Notes: a model not told the origin generated them from the letters alone. 64,000 bases of DNA from an uncultured Planctomycetaceae bacterium (GCA_963815195.1 CAWFGE010000024.1:65540-129539), one strand, 5' to 3'. Positions 20,343 to 31,635 are shown, numbered from the stretch's first letter. Numbers and translations are program-made.

Positions 20343-23300
20343 ACTTCGTTTCGCAATGGCTCGGACAGCCTGGGACGGAAACGCTGGGTTGGACCTTGCT
20401 GCATTTCTTGTGGCAGGGCGGTTTGGTCGCGGCGTTATTGGCTCTTATTTTGCGGTGCCTGCGGTCCGCCTCGGCCAATTCGCGGTATCTGGCCGCTTTG
20501 GCGGCGCTCGTTCTGTCGGCTTTATTGCCGGTGGGAACCGCGGTTTGGATTGCCCAGGGGGCTGACGATTCTCAAGTCGCAGATTCGTTCCCCGCCGGAA
20601 CGAGGCAAGTCGAAGTCGCGGAGGATTCACCCGCCGATGTCACGTTGGCACGGAATCGAGAACCTGTTCGCGAACCGAAAAATCCCTCAACGGCCGATGG
20701 TCAAAGTCGTGTCGCTCGGAAAGAAAACGGGCAAGGCGTCGCGGCCGCTCCGGTTTCACGTCGCATCAATCCGAAGTCCCAGGAGGATTCCGAAGAACCA
20801 GCGAGGGGATCGGCTTCGTGGGGAACCTCGTTCGTGGAGTGGCTTCGCCCGCGGCTGCCCTGGCTGGTTGGAATCTGGCTCATCGGCGTCTTCATAATTT
20901 CCCTCCGGTTGGCGTTCGCTTGGATTGGCGTGCAGCGGCTCCGGCGGGTGGGCCTCGTCGCGGCTTCACCGGACATTTCCGATCGGCTGGCCCCGCTTTG
21001 TCGGCGGCTGGGAATCCGGCGTTCGGTGCGGCTCTTCGGTTCGCCGTTTGTGGACGTCCCCACCGTCATCGGCTGGTGGCGGCCGGTGATCCTGTTTCCA
21101 ATCTCCGCTTTCACGGGCCTCGCGCCCGCGCAATGGGAATCCCTTCTGGCCCACGAACTGGCCCACATCCGCCGCTGGGATTATGCGGTCAATCTGTTGC
21201 AGATCGGGGTCGAGACCTTCCTGTTTTATCACCCGGCGGTGTGGTGGATTTCCCGCCAGGTCCGGGCCGAGCGGGAGCATTGCTGCGACGACCTGGCGGC
21301 TTCGGTCACCGGCGATAAAGTCGCCTATGTGAAGGCGCTGCTTGAGATGGCGGAACGTCACGTCCAGAGAAACCACATCGCTTTGGCGGCAGGAGACGGG
21401 GATTTGCTGAAGCGGGCCAAACGCTTATTGGCAAAAAACTCCACCGGCCCCGGCGGCCGATTCGCATCGGCGGGCGGCGTGCTGCCGGCGGCCCTCATTG
21501 TGGGATTGCTATCGATGGGGATTCTCAACGCCGCCTGGCCGAAAGCGGAACCCGATCCAAAACCGGCCGCAAAATCCGAAGAACGTGCCGATGAGATCGA
21601 TTTCAAAAACCTCACGCCGGAAAGGATCGCAAAGGAAGTCGAAGCGGCGATGGGGCGGTTTTCCCGCGTGAGGTATGCGGCCAACTTTACCGAAACGCGA
21701 AACGCAAACTCCTACCTCAAAGAGGGTGTGCTGCCCGTGAGCGGAACTGGGAAATGGGAGTTTGTGACCGACGGCAGACGCTGGCGGGCCAAGCAGGAGG
21801 GATTTACGGTCAACCTCGGAGAAGCCGGCGCGATTCCCACGCAGAACACGAGCGGGTTTGACGGCGAAGAGTTCTATCAGCGGGAACGCGGGCAGTTTGT
21901 GCTCGGCGAGGATCCCAGGACCAATGATCTCTTGAAGCCGCGGACGGTGTTTTGGCGGGGGGCCCGAACGGTGGAGTGGTTTCTGGCCGCGTTAAAATCC
22001 TGGAACGCCCGGATCGATCGCGAAGTCACCATCGACGGCAAGAAGCGCGTCGTGATTCTGTCAGAACCCGGGCGGCCCAAGCCCGGCGAGGAACCAAAAG
22101 AGGGCTCCCAAGACACCCGCTGGCAATACGAGATCACCCTCTCGCCTGCGCAGTCCTGGCTCCCGCTCAAAACGATCGTCCGCAGGAACGGAAAACTCTA
22201 TGCCGAGGAATCGATCGGGAAGCTCGCACAAACCGCGGCCGGCGTGTGGTATCCCGAGGCGATCTCACAAAAACAGCACTTCCAACCGGACCCGCTGATT
22301 TCCCGCACGATCGAAATCACGCGGCTGGAACTTGCGCCCGCGTTTTCTTCCCGGGCGTTTCAATATGCCTTGCCCATTGGCGAAGACATTGTGGATTATT
22401 CCAGCGGCCGCACCTGGCATCACGATCCCTGGTGGCCCGAAATGGAACCTTGGCTTTTGTCGAAGCTCGATTGGCCCCGGCCTGCGCTTCACGTGCTGGG
22501 CGACATGAAAAGTCACGTCAGCGAAAACACCGACGGGCAAACCGCTCCGCCGATCTACGCAGAGAAATGGCTCGGCAAGAAGCCAAACGCCTGGCCGAGG
22601 GAGGACGGGAAAATCCGCGTGCTGGCGTTTATCGGCGGCTGGGCGATCGATCCCACGCCCCGCTGGAACGCGGCTCTCAGGGAACTCGAAAAACGCTACG
22701 GCGGCGATGGGCTCGAAGTCATCGGGATCGCCACCGCCACCGCGGACCCGGAATTGGTGGAACGGGCTTACCGCGTCTTGAAACCAGGTTTTCCGTGGGC
22801 GATCGATTCCAAAAACGAAGGCGAAGGCAACGCGTTCGGCCGGACGTTTGACGCCTATCACCTCAGGCATTACGCGGGCGTGCTTCTCGTGGATTCCCAC
22901 GGGAAAATCAGCACGCTGGAATCGGTCAGCGTTCCCAAGGGTTCCCCGCTAAGTCCGCTCGAATTCGCGATTCGCCGGGCGCTCGGCAAAGACGTGGCAA
23001 ACTATCAGCCTCCCGCCGACCGGCTCAGCGATGAAGACATCAAACAGATCGACGCCGAGTGGAAGCGCCGCCGAAACGCGGTCGAGGGCCGCGGGAAAAT
23101 CACAGGCCAAATCCGCATCGATGCCGAGGGCCGCGAGCATTTCGGCGAGCGGGCCCTCACAAAAACCCTGCCGGAGGTCGCCGTGCGGCTCCGCGCGGTG
23201 CCGCAAATGAAAATGCTCCATTCGGACACGCCGGGCGGCTGGACGAATTTGATGGATTATCGCCATGCCATCGAAGAGGACTTCAAGGCCAAAGAAACCG

Positions 23301-23776
23301 TGGCATTAAAAGACCTTCGCAAAGGCAGTTATCAGATCACGATTCGCCCGGATGGACTCGCCGCCCGGGACGTGGTCGTTTCGCTGCTGTCGGATGACGA
23401 TGAGAAGGAGTTCCATCTCGATTTTCATCAAGGCGACACGATCACCGGCCGCGTGGTGGGGACGGATGGCAAGCCGATTGGCGGGGCCACGGTGAAAGCC
23501 CCGCGCCGCCACTTCGATGCCAAAAACCTCCGCAGTTACACCACCAGCCATCTGCCGGACGACGCGGTCACGAATGCCCAAGGCCAATTCACTTTGAAAG
23601 GCCTCTTCGTGGGGGCGTTTGATCTGGAGGTCGTCGCTTCAGGCTACGAGAAGCGAACGATCCAACACGTGCCGGCCGGCAAACAAGCGGTGAAGATCGT
23701 GCTGCAAAAACCCGGTGAAGCCAATGTGACGATGCGGGAGGCGAGACAGACGGAAGTTTTACCGACACCCAATTGA
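20339..23776 (+). CDS. BlaR1-like M56 metallopeptidase/sensor with large extracytoplasmic region (thioredoxin-like and carboxypeptidase-regulatory-like domains)
   Basis: LGWTLLHFLWQG, HELAHIRRWD, FYHPAVWW, EREHCCDD; C-terminal ITGRVVGTDGKPIGGATV. Confidence 0.92.
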   Translation: MNFVSQWLGQPGTETLGWTLLHFLWQGGLVAALLALILRCLRSASANSRYLAALAALVLSALLPVGTAVWIAQGADDSQVADSFPAGTRQVEVAEDSPADVTLARNREPVREPKNPSTADGQSRVARKENGQGVAAAPVSRRINPKSQEDSEEPARGSASWGTSFVEWLRPRLPWLVGIWLIGVFIISLRLAFAWIGVQRLRRVGLVAASPDISDRLAPLCRRLGIRRSVRLFGSPFVDVPTVIGWWRPVILFPISAFTGLAPAQWESLLAHELAHIRRWDYAVNLLQIGVETFLFYHPAVWWISRQVRAEREHCCDDLAASVTGDKVAYVKALLEMAERHVQRNHIALAAGDGDLLKRAKRLLAKNSTGPGGRFASAGGVLPAALIVGLLSMGILNAAWPKAEPDPKPAAKSEERADEIDFKNLTPERIAKEVEAAMGRFSRVRYAANFTETRNANSYLKEGVLPVSGTGKWEFVTDGRRWRAKQEGFTVNLGEAGAIPTQNTSGFDGEEFYQRERGQFVLGEDPRTNDLLKPRTVFWRGARTVEWFLAALKSWNARIDREVTIDGKKRVVILSEPGRPKPGEEPKEGSQDTRWQYEITLSPAQSWLPLKTIVRRNGKLYAEESIGKLAQTAAGVWYPEAISQKQHFQPDPLISRTIEITRLELAPAFSSRAFQYALPIGEDIVDYSSGRTWHHDPWWPEMEPWLLSKLDWPRPALHVLGDMKSHVSENTDGQTAPPIYAEKWLGKKPNAWPREDGKIRVLAFIGGWAIDPTPRWNAALRELEKRYGGDGLEVIGIATATADPELVERAYRVLKPGFPWAIDSKNEGEGNAFGRTFDAYHLRHYAGVLLVDSHGKISTLESVSVPKGSPLSPLEFAIRRALGKDVANYQPPADRLSDEDIKQIDAEWKRRRNAVEGRGKITGQIRIDAEGREHFGERALTKTLPEVAVRLRAVPQMKMLHSDTPGGWTNLMDYRHAIEEDFKAKETVALKDLRKGSYQITIRPDGLAARDVVVSLLSDDDEKEFHLDFHQGDTITGRVVGTDGKPIGGATVKAPRRHFDAKNLRSYTTSHLPDDAVTNAQGQFTLKGLFVGAFDLEVVASGYEKRTIQHVPAGKQAVKIVLQKPGEANVTMREARQTEVLPTPN

Positions 23777-23890
23777 CCGGCGACTAACAGAATCCTCCAA
23801 CGACTCTTCCTCCGGCTCGCAGCGGGTCCGCTGCGAAAGATGGCAAAAAAATGGGTTTGGTAAGCCATCTTGGCACGCCCTTCGGGCTCC

Positions 23891-26800
23891 TCACGGAACG
23901 ATCTCTTTCAGGTCGAAGCGAACGCCTTTGTGGAAACCGACGCCGGGCGGTGCGGGGCCGGCTTGCCCGGTGAGGTTCGCCGTCTGCGTAATGCGATCGG
24001 TCGTTTGGATCAGGCCCAGATTGCCTTCGCGGGTAACAAACAGGAACGCCCCGTCCGCATTCGGCACGTATTGTTGCGATTTCTCGTCGTAATGCATCAA
24101 GAGTTCGCCGACCGGCCGGCCTTCGGGAAGCTTGCCGGCGCCGATCAGGTTGTCGAGATTCCGCGCGTCCCGCGGGCTGATCTCCTTGACCTTCATGCCC
24201 AGTGCCCGCAGCACGTAGGTTTCGGTCCCGTCCGGTGAGCGATGCGTGATGCACATCAAATCGACGCCGCGCTCGGACGCCCAATCGTCGAGTTGCTTTT
24301 CCTTGCGAGACTCCGCATCTCTGGGGATTTCGCTGGGCCAGTGGGGCTGATAGCCGGTGTCGAGATCGTAAAAGTAATCCACAGATTGGCCCTTCTCGGT
24401 CGGCGGAGAGAGCACCGCCCCGCTCATGCCATCGCCGATGCGGGCCGACTTCCCGATTCCGTTGGGAGCGGGAGGCAACGGCTTCTCCGCGAGTTTCAGG
24501 TCGACCTTCTGGTACGCCTTATCCTTGGTGAAGTTTTGCCAGTTCGCTTCCCACCACGTCTGCCAGCGATTTGCCTGTTTTTCAAAAATGCGGCGCTGGA
24601 GAATTTGCCGGCGCGGGTCTTCGCTCAAAAACAAGAAGAAGAGTTCGGCATCCGCAAAATCCTGCCCCGCCAGCTTGTGCAGTGCGCCGAAGATTTCCCG
24701 TAAGGGTCTTCCGAAGCTGAAGTACGTGCCGCGTTTTCGTTTGTCCAAATCGTGAGTCTGCATGAACTCGGTGAGATCCTTGTCGCCGACAATCAACCCG
24801 TAATCGCTGCTGGCCGGCAAAAGCGTCTTGGGGATCGACCGGATCAATGCCGGCACCGCCCGCGGATCGCCAATGGCCCGCAAGGCAAAGCCCAGACGCC
24901 TGAGCATTCCGCTCTCGGTCGTTCGATCCAGCTCCGCGCAGAGTTGGGGCGTGGCATCGGCCCCGACGGCGACCAATTCCCGCATCAGCGAGCACCACAA
25001 CTCGGTCTCATCCACGGTGTGATTGAGCTTGCGGAATTCGAGCAGAATCTGCGCGGTGCGTTCCGTCGGTTTCGCCGACAACTCCTCGACGAGCTTTTGT
25101 GCCGCCTTGAGTTTTTCCTCGGGAGAGTCCGGAGGCGTGATCAGCATGTTGTAGGCGGTGGTCTCGCCGGCCTTCACCACGACCGGGGGTTCTTTTTTGG
25201 TGGTCCAAACCATGCGTTCGCCGCGGATGTTGAGGAGATACGGAAAATTCTCTCCCGGGGCCGCACGCAGGACAAATCCGCCTTTGTCATCGGCCTCGGT
25301 CAACATCGCTTGTCCCTTGGGTTGAGACGGCCCGAACAAACCCAGCCGGATCGGCTCCCCGTTTTCGGAAACGGAAACCGACTGCCCCGTGGCCGTGTTG
25401 ACGATGCGGCCCGAGATGAATCCGCCGGCAATCAACTTGAGGGCCGGCAATTCGATCTTCTCGCCCGCGAGGCATTCGATATCCGTGACCGCCACGCAGA
25501 CGCGATCCTGCGACTCGGCCTGAAAGTTGTAACGCCCTTCCGGCACGACCAGGCGAAATCGCCCCATTTTGTCCGTGGCGGCGAATTCCTTGCCCCATTC
25601 GTCCAGTCGATGAGCAATGATCGTCGCTCCCGCGGCGGGTTGCCCCGTCACTTCATCGGTGACGACGCCCGTCACGGAGCAGCCAATCGGCAAGGTCACC
25701 GTCAGATCGGCCGGCAGCGACTTTGCCTTGACCGATGTTGGCGGATAATCCCGATGCCGCACGGCCAGGTTGACGGGCACGGGCTTTCCGCTGGGCCATT
25801 TGTAAACTCCAATATTCTCCAGCTTAAAGCGGCCGTTGGCATCCGTGGTTGTCGAGTTCAGGCCCGGCACCGGCCGGTTAATGACAAAGTGCGGCAGGAC
25901 CGCCGCCCCTGCCACCGGCCGGCCATTCGCATCAACCACTTGGCCGGAAACCGTGGACGTTTCGCGCGTCATCTGGATTTCGACAACTTCCTTCCCCTCA
26001 CGAGTGTGCATAAAGGTGATTCCGATCGGCCGGTTTTCGGCGAAGCCGACGACCTCGTATTTCAGATAATCGGAGCGGTCTCCCGTTCGCGGCGGCACGA
26101 GACCTGTGAACGTGTAGCGGCCGGCGGCGTCCGTCCGCGTTTTTGCGATTTCTTTTGGCGGAGAAGTTCGCCCGGCCACGCGATACAGTCGCACGGAGAT
26201 TCCCGCCAACGGGGACTTATCCGCATTCTCCACGCAGCGTCCGCTCACCGTGTAGGTGTTGGCTTTGGGTTCCGCGTGCTTTTCCGGCGGGGCGTCTTTC
26301 GGTGCTTTTCCTTCGACGCCGGGCATCGCATCCGTCAGTCCCAACATCGCCAAGCCGATCAGCAAGCCGGCCGCGATCGGTGCGCGGAGCGTCCTTCCCG
26401 GAGGCGATCCGACGAGTCGCGTGATCCGCTTTTTCAGCCGGCGGGCGGAGGACAGAAAACCGACCAGCCCCGGCACGATCGCCGAGGGTGTCAGACTCGC
26501 CGCCAGTTCAACGATGGTGGCGGCATAGGCGGATCGATCGGGCGCGCCGAGCGAATCGCAGGCCAGGTCGTCGCAGGCCGCTTCCCGCTCGGCCTGCATT
26601 TCGCGGACGGTCCACCAGACAACCGGATTGAACCAGTGCAAAGTCCTTGCGGCCAACAGCAGCCAATTCGTCCACAAATCGCGGCGGACGAGGTGGGCGA
26701 GTTCGTGCGCCAACACATGGCTGAGCCGTTCGGTGGATGATCCCGTCACCACCGACTCCGGCAGGACGATTTTGGGCCTCCACGTGCCTGCCGTGAAAGG

Positions 26801-27454
26801 ACTGAGGCACTCGGGCGTCACGAGCAATTGGGGAGGCCGATTTAGTCCGATCCGCCGGCAAGAGGTTTTCAGAAGTTCGAGGAGCGAGGGATCCCTCACC
26901 GGTCGGCAAGCCGAGAGACGCCGGCGCAAAATGACGACATTTGCCAAAAGCCTCAAACTCAAGATCATAGATCCCGCGAGCCAAAAGGCCGTCAGGATTC
27001 GCGAAATCAAAACGCGGTCGAATCCAGGATCCGTCGGCGGCGCGGACGCGATTGCGGTTTGGGAAGGCCTGTGCGGCACGCCTGCGGGAACAGGGTCTTG
27101 CGCTTTGAAAGGCACAAAGACCGGGGCGGGAGTTTCCGGCGGTTTCCTGCCGGTCTCGTCGGCGTGAAACTCAACCGGAGTCCTCTGCGGATCGACTTCG
27201 GTTTGAGCGATTGGCGCGCCATCGGGTTCCTGATGCGGAATCCCACTCGCCAGGTTGAACGCGCTCCAGGGACTGGCCGGCGTCGCCACAAACAGCAAGC
27301 GAGCGATCACGAGGCCCCAGATCCAGAACCGCCAGCGGGGCGACAATCGCTCGCCCAAACAGCGGAGCAGCAGAAAAACCGGAACGGCCAAGGCCGCCGA
27401 TTGCCAGGAAGCACGCCAGATGGCCGGTCCCATTGTATCGAGCAGCGCGATCAT
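23891..27454 (-). CDS. BlaR1-like M56 metallopeptidase/sensor with several carboxypeptidase-regulatory-like repeats and a HEAT-like repeat
   Basis: HELAHLVRRD, HWFNPVVWW, EREAACDD; repeated SGxVVDxxGxPVAGA units; ALRAIGDPRAVPALI; ATG 27454 overlaps the blaI stop. Confidence 0.92.
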   Translation of the reverse strand: MIALLDTMGPAIWRASWQSAALAVPVFLLLRCLGERLSPRWRFWIWGLVIARLLFVATPASPWSAFNLASGIPHQEPDGAPIAQTEVDPQRTPVEFHADETGRKPPETPAPVFVPFKAQDPVPAGVPHRPSQTAIASAPPTDPGFDRVLISRILTAFWLAGSMILSLRLLANVVILRRRLSACRPVRDPSLLELLKTSCRRIGLNRPPQLLVTPECLSPFTAGTWRPKIVLPESVVTGSSTERLSHVLAHELAHLVRRDLWTNWLLLAARTLHWFNPVVWWTVREMQAEREAACDDLACDSLGAPDRSAYAATIVELAASLTPSAIVPGLVGFLSSARRLKKRITRLVGSPPGRTLRAPIAAGLLIGLAMLGLTDAMPGVEGKAPKDAPPEKHAEPKANTYTVSGRCVENADKSPLAGISVRLYRVAGRTSPPKEIAKTRTDAAGRYTFTGLVPPRTGDRSDYLKYEVVGFAENRPIGITFMHTREGKEVVEIQMTRETSTVSGQVVDANGRPVAGAAVLPHFVINRPVPGLNSTTTDANGRFKLENIGVYKWPSGKPVPVNLAVRHRDYPPTSVKAKSLPADLTVTLPIGCSVTGVVTDEVTGQPAAGATIIAHRLDEWGKEFAATDKMGRFRLVVPEGRYNFQAESQDRVCVAVTDIECLAGEKIELPALKLIAGGFISGRIVNTATGQSVSVSENGEPIRLGLFGPSQPKGQAMLTEADDKGGFVLRAAPGENFPYLLNIRGERMVWTTKKEPPVVVKAGETTAYNMLITPPDSPEEKLKAAQKLVEELSAKPTERTAQILLEFRKLNHTVDETELWCSLMRELVAVGADATPQLCAELDRTTESGMLRRLGFALRAIGDPRAVPALIRSIPKTLLPASSDYGLIVGDKDLTEFMQTHDLDKRKRGTYFSFGRPLREIFGALHKLAGQDFADAELFFLFLSEDPRRQILQRRIFEKQANRWQTWWEANWQNFTKDKAYQKVDLKLAEKPLPPAPNGIGKSARIGDGMSGAVLSPPTEKGQSVDYFYDLDTGYQPHWPSEIPRDAESRKEKQLDDWASERGVDLMCITHRSPDGTETYVLRALGMKVKEISPRDARNLDNLIGAGKLPEGRPVGELLMHYDEKSQQYVPNADGAFLFVTREGNLGLIQTTDRITQTANLTGQAGPAPPGVGFHKGVRFDLKEIVP

Positions 27455-27843
27455 TTCTTTTTCCTCCGGGAGTTCTTTTTCTGGGCGAGCAATTGGCGAA
27501 GTTGTTCGATCTCTTCGGAATCCAAGGGCGACTCGGCGACGAAGTGCGCGAGCAGCGCGACAGCGTCTCCGCCGAAGGCCTTCTCCAGAAACGACCGGCC
27601 CTCCTGGCGGACGCATTGCTGGCGGGAGACGGCGGCTCGATAGATATACCGCGTGCCGTCCACCTCGTAGTTCAAAGCCCCTTTTTGGACGAGCCGCGCC
27701 AGGAGCGTGCGGATCGTGCTTTGGCTCCAATCGTGCGTCGCGCGCAATTCCTTAATGACATCGGCCGCCGTACACGAACCGACGGCCCAGACGGGCTCCA
27801 TCACATCCCATTCCGCATCCGAAATCTGCAAACCCCGCGACAT
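27451..27843 (-). CDS. blaI: BlaI/MecI/CopY family transcriptional repressor
   Basis: ISDAEWDVMEPVW...WSQSTIRTLLARLVQKGAL...YIYRAAVS...FGGD. Confidence 0.95.
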   Translation of the reverse strand: MSRGLQISDAEWDVMEPVWAVGSCTAADVIKELRATHDWSQSTIRTLLARLVQKGALNYEVDGTRYIYRAAVSRQQCVRQEGRSFLEKAFGGDAVALLAHFVAESPLDSEEIEQLRQLLAQKKNSRRKKK

Positions 27844-27859
27844 GGCGTTTTCTCCTCTG

Positions 27860-27905
27860 GCTACAACTGTAGCTAAGTCTAACTACACTTGTGGCTAATC
27901 GTCAA
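27860..27905 (-). promoter_or_regulatory. BlaI/CopY-type operators TACA-NN-TGTA overlapping promoter TTGACG-N18-TAGACT
   Basis: GCTACAACTGTAGC at 27860-27873 and CTACACTTGTGG at 27883-27894; -35 at 27905-27900, -10 at 27881-27876. Confidence 0.82.
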
Positions 27906-28039
27906 GAGGAAAAACCGCCGATGTCGAGAGCGGCAAGCCGATTGCCACACGCGTCGGAATCTTTTCCGTCACGGTCAAGGCCCTTGCGCAACGGGCCGAC
28001 GGGCGCTGGGAGCATAGAGGTATAGAGCCCAAACGCGGC

Positions 28040-29109
28040 TCAGCTGGCCGGCTCGCTTTTCCGATCGGTTTTGGGCCCCATGCGATACAGCCGCACGAAG
28101 CCGTCGGCGTGGGCCACGGCCAATTGGGTTTTGTCGGGAAGCAGATCGAGCCCGCGGGCGGCGCTTTTCAGCTTGACGGTGTGAAACGGGATTTCGTCTT
28201 CGGGCTTTGTGAACCAGAGTTCGCCCTTGCCGCTGCGGTCGGCAATCGCGGCGATGAGGAGATCGTCCGGATGAAACCGCACGCCCCAGGCGATGCCTTT
28301 GAGGTTCGCGTCCGACGATTTCACTTGCCGGCGAATTTTGCCCGTGCCCCAGTCGAACACCACGACGATCGGATCCTGGATCCCGGCGAAGGAGTTGACG
28401 ACGTTCGTGATGCCCGCGCTCGCCCATTGGCTGCCGTCGGCCTGGAATGCGAGGTCGCGGGCTCCGCCCATGTCGGCGGCGAATTTTTTGTCGTAGCCCG
28501 TCATCACACTCGCATCAATGCTCTTGGTCCGCCGGCCGGATTTCAGATCCCAGACGTGAATCTGCCCCATCAGGTCCTGCGAAATCAGATGCTCTCCCTG
28601 GGGATGAAAATCGACCCCATACACGTGCCGATCGTGCCCCGCGAATTCGTGGAGCAGTTTCCCATCCGCCAGGTTCCAGACTCTCACGAAGAGATCGTTT
28701 CCGCAGGTGGCGAGCTTTTCGCCGTCCGGGCTGACGCGAACAAACCGCGCGGAGCCTTGATGCGCCTGAATCGTGCGGAGCGGTTGGGCGACGGCGTCCG
28801 AGTTCGACGTGTCCCAAATGCGGATTTCTCCGCCCCAGCAGGCCGTCAGCATCCGCCGGCCGTCCGGCGTGAAATCGATCGAGCGAACCCAGCTTTTGTG
28901 GCCTTTGAGGGGGTTTGCCGTTTGCCGTCCGCGAGGTTCCAGATCTGCACATCGAGGTCTTCCGCGCCCGCGGCTACGAACCGGCCCGCCGGATCCGCGC
29001 GGAGCGTGGTCAGCGGCACCTCATGCTTGAACTCGCGGGTCGGATGCGTCGCTTTGGGATCGATCACGGGGATTTTCGCTGCGATCGCTGGCGGACTTTG
29101 CGGATTCAT
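28040..29109 (-). CDS. WD40-repeat protein, frameshifted near 28915
   Basis: AHQGSARFVRVSPDG, GHDRHVYGVDFHPQG, VRVWN, IHVWD; pieces 28846-29109 and 28040-28852. Confidence 0.85.
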
Positions 29110-30370
29110 GTCAACAACTCCTTGATCGGCCCGGCCGAGGGATCGCCGATCGGAATCGACCGTCCGGGCAGGTCGTGATCGGCCAGGGAATCCAAGCCCA
29201 CCGCCTGCAAGCAGGTGTGGAACAAATGCCGGGCGTCCACTTCGCGCTCGGCGACGGCGGTGCCCGTCTCGTTGGTTTTGCCGATGACCGCGCCGGGCTT
29301 TATGCCACAGCCTCCCAAGACGACCGACCACGCCGTCCCCCAGTGGTCGCGGCCGTAGCGGACGTTGATTTTCGGGGTGCGGCCGAACTCCGAATGAATC
29401 AAAACCAATGTGCTTTCCAAGAGGCCCCGATCCATCAAGTCATCCAGCAACATCGAAAAGGGTCTGTCGAACTCGCCCAGTTGCTCCAGATGAAAATTAA
29501 AATTCTCCGCGTGCGAATCGTAGCCGTGGTGGGTGACTTTGACGCAGGTCACATCGTGTTCCAACAGCGTACGGGCCAGCAAGCAGTAGCGGCCGAAGTC
29601 GTGCTTTCCGTACCGCTCGAGGTCTTTGTTCGAAGCAGCGCCCTCGAAGAGCGCCTTCTGTTTCATGAGTTGGATCGCCTGTTGATGGGACGCATCGTAG
29701 GCTTCGGCGAGCGCTTTGGATCGCCCCTGGGTAAACCGCTGATTGAACAGCGTCCGCAGTTGATCGCGGCGCGTCGCGATCGAGGTGTCGAGCGATTCCG
29801 GCGTGGCGAGATTGGTGGGGGGCTTCACGCCTTCGAGGTTGAGTTGGCCGTATTTCGCGCCAGGAACGCCGACCCGCCGCCCACGTCCTTGAGGCCGCGC
29901 GTCGAGATGTTGACGTAGCCCGGGAGTTCGGCCGTCGGCGCGGAGAGATATTTCGAGGCGACCGCTCCCAAATAGGGATACTCGCCGACCCGCCGGCCCT
30001 TTTCCATAAACTGCCGGCCTTGTTCGTGGTCGTTGATCTTGATGTTGACGCTCCGCACGATCGAAAGCCAATGCATGCGGCGGGCGGTGTGAGGCAGCAA
30101 CTCGGAAATGTGAATGCCCGGAACCGAAGTCGAGATCGCTTGGAACGGCCCGCCGTGCACAGTGCCCGGCTTCGGATCCCAGGACTCCAACTGGCTCACC
30201 CCGCCTTGCAGGAAAACTTGCAGAATCCGTCGTTGCCGGCGTTTGAGTTCCTGAGCCTGGCCGGAATTGCCCAGAAGGCCCAGGCCGACCGCCCCCGCGG
30301 CCGTTCCCGCCAGGAACTGCCGTCGTGCCACCACATGCTCGATCGGCTGGCATCCTCGGTTTCGTCGCAT
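29106..30370 (-). CDS. DUF1501 family protein with Tat-like leader, frameshifted near 29860
   Basis: RRQFLAG, FLQGGVSQLESWDPKP, YDSH, SEFGRTPKIN..GRDHW, GCGIKPGAVIGKT. Confidence 0.92.
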
Positions 30371-30416
30371 GCTGTGCCTTCGCTTTCTGATCGCTTTGGG
30401 ACCTTGTTTGCGAGCC

Positions 30417-31553
30417 CTAATGATTAAACCGAAACTCGGTCGAGCATAACGCCGCCCACACGAGCTGCCGAATGGCCGTCGCGCGGTCGGTTTGATTGTC
30501 TTCCAAAAACTGTGTGATCTGCTGGACCTCCTCGGCTTCCGGCGGCCGGGAGAAGACCGAAAGACAAAACTCCTCGGCCAGCCGCGGACCTTCCAATCCC
30601 TCGAGACGAGCCGTCAAGTTCTGCCCGCTCGGGGCGAGCCAGCTTTGCAATAAGGGACTGTTTCGCAGAAACAACGCCTGATTCGCCGAGGCATTGAACT
30701 GGGAAGTTTGCACGCCTTGAACGCCGAAAAGGCCGGCGAACGTGTTGACATGGCCTTTCAATGCGCCATCTAAGGCTTCTTCCTGCCAAACGGGATCGTC
30801 CACGGGCGGGGAGCCATCCTTGGAAATCTTTTGAGCCTGGGCTTTGAGGTTTTCGAGCGTGTGAGCCGTCAGGCCCGTCGCCTGCATCATGGACCACGCG
30901 AGTTGCTCGGGAGTCAGCGGTTTAAGCAAGGCCACCGCGAAGCGGTCCTCGTTCCCGGCCTGGCGTTCCCCCCGGGATTGGCTGCTCCGCTGATAGGTTT
31001 TGGTCAACGCCAACTCCCGCAACAGAAATCGCAGATCGTACCCGTGCTCGTGAAAGCTGTCGGCCAAGAGTTTGAGTAACTCGGGATGGGAAGGCGGGTT
31101 GGCCGCGTGCCACATGTCGACGGGCTCCACGAAGCCGCGGCCCATCATCAGGGCCCACATCCGGTTGGCGATATTTTGCCGAAACGCCGCGTTCGCGGGA
31201 TCGAGCATCTCCTCGGCCAATTTCAACCGCCGGCTGTAAATCGGCACGCCCCGCTGTTTCTTATCCGGTTTGATGTAATAAGGATCGCCCGCCACGGCCG
31301 GGTCCGGAATCGCCGGCCGGTCCAAAAGCCGCGGAGGGGTTTCTCCAGATTCGTTGGTAAACACCGACGTGAATTTCACCAGGCCCTCGGCCTTTTCGCC
31401 GATGGAGGCCTGTTTGGTCTTGGGATCGGTGAACAGGGAAGCGCGGTGCAGAAAGGCGGAGAGCCCGTAGTAGTGGCGCTGCAAATAGTCTCCGATGAGC
31501 GGATGGTCGTGGCATTGGGCGCATTGCAGATCCCGCCCCAAAAAGATCCGCCC
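30417..31553 (-). pseudogene. DUF1549/DUF1553 planctomycete protein lacking its N-terminal part
   Basis: RIFLGRDLQCAQCHDHP, NIANRMWALMMGRGFVEPVD, PSHPELL..LA, WAALCSTEFRFNH; homology begins abruptly ~80 bp from the neighbouring stop codon. Confidence 0.75.
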
Positions 31554-31635
31554 ATCCGGGAATCCCCGGCTGAAAAGACGACATAGATCAATTCGCCTGG
31601 CCCAGAGGGGAATGGCGGCGGCGGGCAGGGCGTGA

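Noticed and set aside
24752..26740. 662-aa plus-strand ORF, and similar long antisense ORFs at 34451-36526, 38213-40057, 40636-42030 and 51416-52723
   Set aside because: Shadow frames of well-supported genes in GC-rich DNA; no recognisable motifs
27455..27730. N-terminal extension of the second M56 ORF
   Set aside because: Overlaps blaI; coupled ATG at 27454 is more plausible
19953..27843. Beta-lactam resistance locus
   Set aside because: No beta-lactamase gene and no penicillin-binding sensor domain seen
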